Shown: positions 47,447 through 56,400 of the stretch, piece after piece
How positions within the stretch are numbered: the stretch's first letter is position 1
Layout: each line of letters opens with the position of its first letter
NCBI GenBank assembly: GCA_000002435.2
Contig: CM018792.1
Direction: 5' to 3' (one strand)
From: Giardia intestinalis
Taxonomy: Eukaryota
DNA length: 64,000 nt
Program-made: the position numbers and the translations under genes
The notes under the pieces: model-generated
What the model was told of the DNA's origin: nothing
Seen by the model: only the letters and a program-made list of their open reading frames with translations
The model's database searches: none

Positions 47447-50400
47447 TCAATAGTAGGGCTCAAGCCATATCAGTTGCAACATAAAGTCCCTGATAGTGTT
47501 GGTGTGGACACCTTTAAAATCCACCCGTATGTATCCTTTATCATTGTAATTTAACCCCCACTCATTCCATATTACGAAGTTGTGCATAAGCGGAGCGAAC
47601 GCTAGGTTATTCTGTCTGATGAAGAAGTTGTAGAGAAGCTGAATGTGTTGCTTGGTTGTCAGGTCTGGAGAGGGGAGCCAAGGAGGCATTCCTGTCTTGT
47701 GACAATCTAATGTTATTGGTGCATACGCAGTCATGTTATTCTTAGTAGCCTGAAGATTAGTTTTCTTGTTATACCAGGGAAGAGACTTGTACATTGATTC
47801 TAGGCCATTCCTTAGCACGTCATCAATGGTCATGTTTGCAAGGGTTCTATAAAATAGCACCGAACCTAACTCTAAATACATTGATTTCATGTATAAAAAG
47901 TTGAGAGCGGTGAGAGACAGACGGATCTTGTGTACGGCTAACTCGATTGGATTGTGGCATATTAGATCGCTGACCTTTATTGGAACTCGAGGAGGCCTAT
48001 GATCAGCATTTAAGATATACGTCTTTTGCTCATCTGGGTCCACAATGAGTAGATTGTCAGAAAAGAACGATCGTAAGCGAAGACAAGACTTCCTAAAGCT
48101 ATACAAATCAAGGACTAGAGTCATCACGGGCGTAGCATCGAACTCAGTTGGGTCTGAAGAGAAGCTTTTGGGAAGTGTTGTAATTGTTGTAGCTGTTGAA
48201 GGTGTGGAGTCCCATGGTTGGGGATTGGATAGATTGTACATATATTGTAAGCCAGGGCAGGTTGGGATACTCTGTCTTATTGCAGCTACAGTCCCGCTTT
48301 GTACACCATCTGAAAAAGTCGATAAGGTATTGGTTGAAGTTACGCTTTCCTGCTTTTGCCTAGAATTCATAGTATCCATTACCCTTTGTGCAGGAAAGTC
48401 AAGAGATATTGGTGTTATTGTATTGGCTCCGCTGCTAGTTCCGTAGAATGAAGGTGTAGAAGATTGCGCCGTATCACTGTGGTTCGGATTGGTTTGCACC
48501 GGCCTAGGGTTATCTATGGGCGAGGCTTTATCCTTCCGTTTAGACATAAAGCACAAGGTAGGTGGGCTACTAGATATTCTTAGATGTGCGTTACGCGGCT
48601 TACTTTTTTGTCTACGAGGCACTAACCATGGGATTTGATAATGAAGAGCAATCTTTGAAACAAGAACACTTCCGTTTAAGTAAGAATCGTAGTTTGTTTT
48701 GAGCCTGAGCTTATATCGAATATCCGGTATGACAATTTCAATATCTTCTGGGGGAGGAATACAGCCGGTGTCTATTCTGTTCGATAATAAAGTATCTTTG
48801 CCCGGTATTACCTCAATAAGGAAGTTAGTCGAAAGATCAGCTTCCAACGACATGCTAATCCTTTGATAAACCACTTGCTTGGAATCATAGGCACAGAACC
48901 TATTTGTAACCTTAAGGCTGTCTGTAGAAATTTGATCTATCTCTGTTATCGGTGTAACAAGAGTAGAATCTCTTACTATCGACGAGGTAATTGAGTTATT
49001 TAACTTACTATTGGTGATAGCGAGGCAGTCCAGATTGGGGGTGAGAGGGTACATCCCCAAATTCTTATCCTGAAACATTAAACCACGAGGAGAATCAAAT
49101 GTTTGAGGAGCATCTATCCCCTGCGGTGGTAGGATCCCGAGTGATTGAGGAGCATCTATCCCCTGCGGTGGTAGGATCCCGAGTGATTGAGGAGCGTCTA
49201 TCCCCTGCAGTGGTAGGATCCCGAGTGATTGAGGAGCGTCTATCCCCTGCAGTGGTAGGATCCCGAGTGATTGAGGAGCGTCTATCCCCTGCAGTGGTAG
49301 GATCCCGAGTGATTGAGGAGCATCTATCCCCTGCAGTGGTAGGATCCCGAGTGATTGAGGAGCGTCTATCCCCTGCAGTGGTAGGATCCCGAGTGATTGA
49401 GGAGCATCTATCCCCTGCGGTGGTAGGATCCCGAGTGATTGAGGAGCATCTATCCCCTGCGGTGGTAGGATCCCGAGTGATTGAGGAGCATCTATCCCCT
49501 GCAGTGGTAGGATCCCGAGTGATTGAGGAGCGTCTATCCCCTGCAGTGGTAGGATCCCGAGTGATTGAGGAGCATCTATCCCCTGCGGTGGTAGGATCCC
49601 GAGTGATTGAGGAGCATCTATCCCCTGCGGTGGTAGGATCCCGAGTGATTGAGGAGCGTCTATCCCCTGCGGTGGTAGGATAGGCAATAATTCAGTACCG
49701 TCAGTATTGGAAGTGTAATTAAAAAGATCATCCATATCTATCTTGTATCCGGATGAGTTAGACAAATAATACTCGTACTGCTGCTCTCCATGATTTAAGT
49801 CATTATTCTTGTCATCAGAGTCTTCTATTAAGCCTTTTATAATGTGTGGAATAATAACGCTTGCTTCTGCTTCTATAGAATTTTCCAATGAACTCTCAGC
49901 ATTGCTGTAATCGCTAAAAGGCATACGGGCGGCATATTCAGGTTGAGTTCTATAGAATAGGTTCCGGTCCAACAATGCATACATGGCCGATGTTCGTGCC
50001 TGAGCACGCTTTCGTGCAATCATAAATTGTCCATAGGCCGCACTATCGCATACACTGAATGTTTCTGCACCGGCTTCCTTAAGATTCCAAATGCTGAGCT
50101 CAGGGACAATTATGGAGGAGTAAAAGCGTTCCAAAAGTGCGTATACTGGGAACTGAATTGTAACATCGGAAGAGAGAGAGGTGTACGCTGATTGAGGCAA
50201 GGCAAGTCCTGCTAAGCTGACGACCGAAAGAGGTGCATAAAAGCACTCTGCAATCTTCTTGGTGTAAAGCGCTCTTATTACTAAAATATGATGTAAGCAT
50301 ACACTGTCCTCTGCAAAGAGAACGCCAGTGGACATGCTCTTAATTTCTTTAATTGCTGCTGCAATAAGAGACATCTTAGATAATTGAGTCTCGACAGCAC

Positions 50401-53400
50401 TTGGTTCTACCTTATAAGGTGCAGTTGATAATGCGTTTGTATATCTTTTATTGGTAAATTGTCTTGGGCTAGAGCCCTGCAAATAACCCAGCTTGGGAGA
50501 CGAGAAGATGTCAGACAGGACTGCCCATTCGATCTGGCCTTCTCTACCCTTCTTCACAATGCATGGAGAGGAAGGTGTAATGTTCAACAGCTGCATTTGA
50601 GTCCGGAGGTAGTACCGCCAAAATAAATACGAAACGGTCTTTTGGATCCGAGGTGAATAGAATCGATAATATGCAGCAAAGTCGCAGTCTCTATAGAATA
50701 AGTACTTGGCTATAGCGTTTGCACGGTAATTAGTTGATCGTTTCTGAAGAATTCCAAGCTTTCTATATGTTATTTCCTCAAATAGCTTATTGTCTTCAGA
50801 TATATCTTCCAGGTCAATTGGCACTGACGGAATAGTCTGTAGTTTTATCGCGTTAATTAATCTGTGTATATCCCTATCTTTAATGGGGATAAAGAGAGGT
50901 GGCACGTCTTCCATTCCTTCCTTTCTGAGCATCGTTGAAAACGCTGTATTGTAGTTCATCAGCTTGCGTGCATATTTGGCACGAAGCTTCGCCGCCGTAA
51001 AGCTAAAGTTTTCCTTTGCAAAAATTGTGTACGGTGGTACGTAGGGAACGCCAGATGTCCACCGAACAATCGACGGAATCAGTGGATTAATCCTCAGATC
51101 CATATTCGGATGCGACTCGTGCTTGTAAAGCGCAAATGAACTCGGTGTTTTTAATGTGAATTGAGGAGACAATGATCCCGTAGTTCGATGAAATAAGTTG
51201 GTATGTGAGTTCATGCCTGACTTCATGGCGGAGGCAGATAGCTTGCTGGCTCCTATGATAGTTGCCTTCAGATCAGTATGCAAAATACGTGGTTTGCTAC
51301 TTATGTTTATGTGCTCGGGTGAAATTTGGTTTAGGAGTGGGTCTACGTAGCGCACTATTCCATGATAGTCATAGCCATAATCCAATAATTTCTTGTATTT
51401 AAAAGGGTTATCAAAGGCCTCAATCACTGATGCATTTAGGTTGTCCAGATATCCAGTCAAGATAGTATCCTTTATGCAAACTCTTTTAGAAATGGTGCTG
51501 ACAAATTGGTAACACTCTGTGTCAAGGCAAGAGGCCAGGACAGCCTTTTGGAACGATCTAGAAATAAATGGATTAAATCTGCTTTCCAATTGTGATAGGT
51601 TGCTTTCTGACATGCTCTTCTTAATGAATAGAATATCACTTTCAGCAGATGCATTACAGACACGTGAAAAAGCAAGTTGCTGGGGTATAGCCCCTCTGAT
51701 GATGATAGGAGATGAATCTTTGTCCGTCTCTTCAGCGGCTTCTCTCAGAGACAAGTTGCTAATGGGCTCATAATGCTGCTTCACGGGGCCTTTGAGCAAA
51801 CTGTTGGCCCCAGCTTTGTTACGTATCGAATATCCGTGAGCATAATATGGCAAGTACATGTCAGTTTCGATAGAGTACTCATTAGTAATGCTTGAAGACT
51901 GAAGGTCGTAGGAGTGCTTATCCAAGTCGCTGCTAGCTTCATCCATGATATCAAGTCCTTTAGTATTAGCACAGGATTGCAAAGATATAGTAGATTGGAC
52001 AATGCTGTTAATATAACCAGTACATTTTTTCGTCAATCTACCACGGTACTGTCTATGTTTTGGAAAGACCCTGACAGCCTCAATTGTAGACTGAAAAGAC
52101 ATGGCACTGGATGAAAAGGAAAAGACTGACTGCTCAGTAGATGAGAAAGTCTCAGAAGATGATTCAGAAAACTGCAGGTTTGTTGTAGCAGGGTCAACAA
52201 GGAGCTGAACCGTGCTCAGAAGTGAAAGACCAGTCTTCACGTCTGGTAGCTTGCTAGCAAAGTTTCTTGACGCCAGCTGATTAAAGATGACCTTGAAGAG
52301 AGAAGCATGCTCGAACACTTGAGAAGAAAATCCCGTCAATTGCTTCACAGAAAGCGCTAACGAACTTGACTCCTGATTTCTTTCTGAGAAGATACTTGCT
52401 GAGAGTAGTTTGCTATTGCTTTGAGACTCTACACGCAGCTTCTTAAGGTATGATGGGTAAAGCTGTTGCAGAACAAAGAGAATGCTCAGCTTATGGCTAG
52501 GTGTTATCTTATAGAGATTAAATAAATTAATATTTTCTCTCAGCCTAACCGCCTTCGACTCTAGAGCAGACTTGAGAAATTCAAATGCCTTGTCCCAGTG
52601 TCTTAACTTTCGAGCACTAACAGAGTGGCCGGGAAGCTCGTGTTCGTTTGGTGAGATGTCCTGGTCAGCAAAGTTCTTCTGAGAAGGCCGATTTGACTGA
52701 AAAATAGTGAAGAGAGAAGTAAATGTAAGGTACACCCCATTAGACAGTATCTTCGATAGCCAATTGTGAAGGGCCCCTTTAACAGTAACAGACTTCGAAG
52801 TGGCATATCCGATATCAGAATTATTAAGATATGATGAAGCAGAGATTGAGGTACCGACGGTGGCTATGCTGGTCATGATGCCCGGATTCAAGAGTGGCTG
52901 GCTATCCGTAACCAGAGGAGAATCGCTAAGCACGAGATTTATGTCTGGAGTATTGTGCTTATGGGACTTATGTGCTGATAATTCCAACTGCCTTTTGCTA
53001 AGTGTAGACCCCAGCGAAAGTCGCTTTAAAGAGGAGGCCGAAAAGGTAGATGACTGTCTCAATGGACGCGTCAAGAAGTTGAGGAGACCCGTGACCGAGT
53101 TCCTTCCCAAGATTCCACTGTCATACGTAGCGTCTGCATATGACCAAGTAATATCACCTACATCAGCACGGGCTGTCGTTGAGCCCTCGGACGGAAGCTC
53201 AATTACTTTCTCTTTGGCCTGGCTTTCCTTTTGTGAGAGAAAAGTCGAAGACTTAGTTCTAGATATCGGTGACGATTCGCAGGTATTCTGACATGTCAAT
53301 GAGGTACATGATACTTCTAGTTCTGACTCCGGTGTAATGGCCTCAGCGCAGGGGCGAGTTAGGCACATCTTGTTTGAAGTAGAATGATTACGGTTTGTAC

Positions 53401-56400
53401 GGCACGTAGATAGAGAGGAAACATCTCGCTTAGACATAACCGTGCAGTATATCTTTAGGACAACTGCTCCCACCAGTGTGAAAACAGAGATAACAACGAT
53501 CAGAAAGGTTTCTGCAGATGAAATGTACGTGTGCATTGCCTGTCCAAACAGCTGTAGAAGAAGGCGCATGTGTGCGCCAGGAGGATAGCCGGTCATGTAC
53601 GTGATACTCGGCTTCCAAATAGCCGGGTCTTCCTCGATGTTCAGATGAGAATAAATGCTAGTGCTAAACTTGCTTGTCATGTCTGTGTATGCGTTTGCCC
53701 CAGGAACCCGTGTACACGCCTTCACAGGGTAATATTCCATATTGAACACTGCAATGGACATTAGATCAACCGTAACGAGATTCCGAATAATAGCAATACC
53801 TCGCTTTATGCACGTTGAGGCAAGATCCAGCACAATAAGGCGGTCAGAAATCGACGATTGCTCATATGCAACTGAATCAATCCCAGCTTCAGAACTAAAG
53901 ATCTGAGTCGCCACTCCATCAGTTACCATGATGACATTAAATCTTCTTGTTGTGATAAGCCGCTTCGTGGTCTTGTATTGTATGTTGATCCAGAACTGAT
54001 TATTGTATTCTAATACATTAGTGTAGCGCTCATTCGAGACAGGCACTTTACGAAGGACAAAGTATTCTATGTCAACTAGAGTGTCGAGAATGGACGAAAG
54101 GACCGACTTCATGCCAGAAAGAGTGGCATTTGTAGACCGCGTTAGCACGAAGTCCCCCATATTATTCAGCAAGGCATAGAATACTGGGACGCGGAGGTCA
54201 ACCAAGGTAGGAGCAGATGTACCAGAGGGCAAGATCTTGGAAGGCAAGAGTCCAAAGTTATGTATTGAGTCAAGCGTGCTGATAGATATGTTGTACTCAA
54301 TGGTGTAGACGGCAGCTAGTGCCTTTGTATTGTTGTCTATCCGACTCTGAGAACTAGTATATATGGGAAAGCTGGCAAAGTACAGGAGATATGAATACTC
54401 ATCAGTGGGATCGCCCTGAACATAGTTCTGCAGGGGCTGATACCCATAGTCCCAGTCCTCTGACTCTGCAAGGTTAAGAGGGTTGTACATAAAATTGGGG
54501 TGCAGCTTTCCAGTGAGGCTCGATGTGATTGTATTTAGTTGATAGCCCAGAACCTTCAGTAAGTAGTCATACGTCGAGGGACTGTCGCTGTTGGTAGGGT
54601 CTAGAGGACTCGACTTTGTGATGAACTCCGCAGACTCGTCAAATGGTGGATAGACACGCATAAACATCGGCAATGATAAAGCATTCATGATACTAACAAG
54701 CGGATGCTTGTCAACGTGCATAGCATAGCGTAGAATGTCGCGATTGATCGCCTGAATGTCGACATAGATGTTTTTGAGGTCGTTTTCATATATGCTAGTA
54801 TAGTATACCCTTTGGATGGTCCCGGGTGGCGCTTTTGCAGAAGCATAGATGCTCTGTGCAACGTCTGATCCCTGAGAAAAATCATCGCTGGAGCCAACAT
54901 CATCATAATCATGAAACGATGTTCGGGATGTTCGGCGATGGTGCTCCATGTCGTCCTCATAAAGGCTTCTGTGCTCTAGAGGAGAATCATCAAGATTGAA
55001 GGAATTTGGTGTCATGGCACTCGGCAGTGGCTGCTGGTTGATAAATAAATGAAAGACTCCGTCGAGCCTCCTTGTTCGAAAGGCCTCTGGAAGAATGGCC
55101 AAAATATAGCTAACGAGAAGAGGACTATAGAGCCCAAGATTCTCGATAGGAGTGGGGATGCTAGCAGGGGTAAATCCAATAGAGGCCGGCGCAATCCAGC
55201 TGACAACCTCTGTTGCTGGGTCAAGGAAGTACTTTGGCCTCTCTAAGCAATACAGCTTGGCGGCTTCATAGCCCACTTGAGATGAGAGATTGACATAAGC
55301 CGATGTGTGGTTGGCGTAGAAGCAGGTAGAAAACTCCTGATTCATAATGTTAGCATCCGAGAGAATGTTACCCAGAAGATCTTCAGCTAAATAACAGCCT
55401 TTTCTGAACGGCAGAGGAGAGCTGCTTGGGCTGCTGTAGTCGGGGTAAATCCTAAGGAGGTTCTCCATCTTAAGATGGGAACCCGGATCATTTAGGACAG
55501 CAGTGTAATTAAGTATCATCTCGTTATTGTCCATATTGACTGAACTATCGGGATAGAATGATGCTACAGTAAAATTGTCTAATATTTTCAGAATAGCGTC
55601 ATAAGTAGAAGCTCCAGATAGATAGCTGTTAATAGTCTTCTCCAGAACGTCACGAAACTTAGATATGGTAAGTAGTGCTGTGATATCGGAGGTATCCAAG
55701 ACGGAAGTAAAAAGGTCCTTCAGCTTCACAAACTCCTCAAGAAAGATAGCGTACGCGGGAACAAAGATATTCGATGGGTACCGATACTCTGACTTCAGAT
55801 CTGGAAAGAGTGTCCTGTCCTCAAAGTATGTCTTTAGAGTGACGGGTGTGGGAACGCACTCAGTGCCAAGGGCGGTCTTTGTGGTGACAGATGCCTTCTT
55901 AACGATGTCCTCCAGGTACACCAATGCTATTCTGTTGCCAAACTTAGTTACATTAATGTACTGGTCGAATGCTCTAGATTGGAAGCATATTTTAGTTCCA
56001 TTAAAAGGTATGCAATCTGTTTCTAGAACAGAGTGGGGCGGTGAGAGTAACAGCTTGTTAATGGGGTTAGAGACTTGTGCATAATTAAGTGGTAATCTGG
56101 ATGTGCTGAGAGTGTACATCTTTTTGATTTCCTCTAGAGTACAGGCTTGCCCTTGCGGAACCCTATAGCGTCTATATGCAAATGTAGCCTCACTAATACG
56201 CATATCAAATCCAATGCTATTGTTGGATTCGTCCGGTATCCCTACACGGATATATCCAAAAATTCCTACCTGTCGGCGAATAAACTTATTAACGACGCCT
56301 GCATAGATATACGCAGACTGCGGGATGTATTGAAGCTCATTGTTAACCGTCATGATGGAGCGCAGACCAAGAACTTCTGTGAGAAAAGAATGCTTGTAAA

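Noticed and set aside
49099-49683. 194-aa plus-strand ORF (MFEEHLSPAVVGSRVIEE...) with internal repeats
   Set aside because: It is the antisense of the 42-bp repeat inside the 3877-aa minus-strand gene; no independent start context or termination logic.
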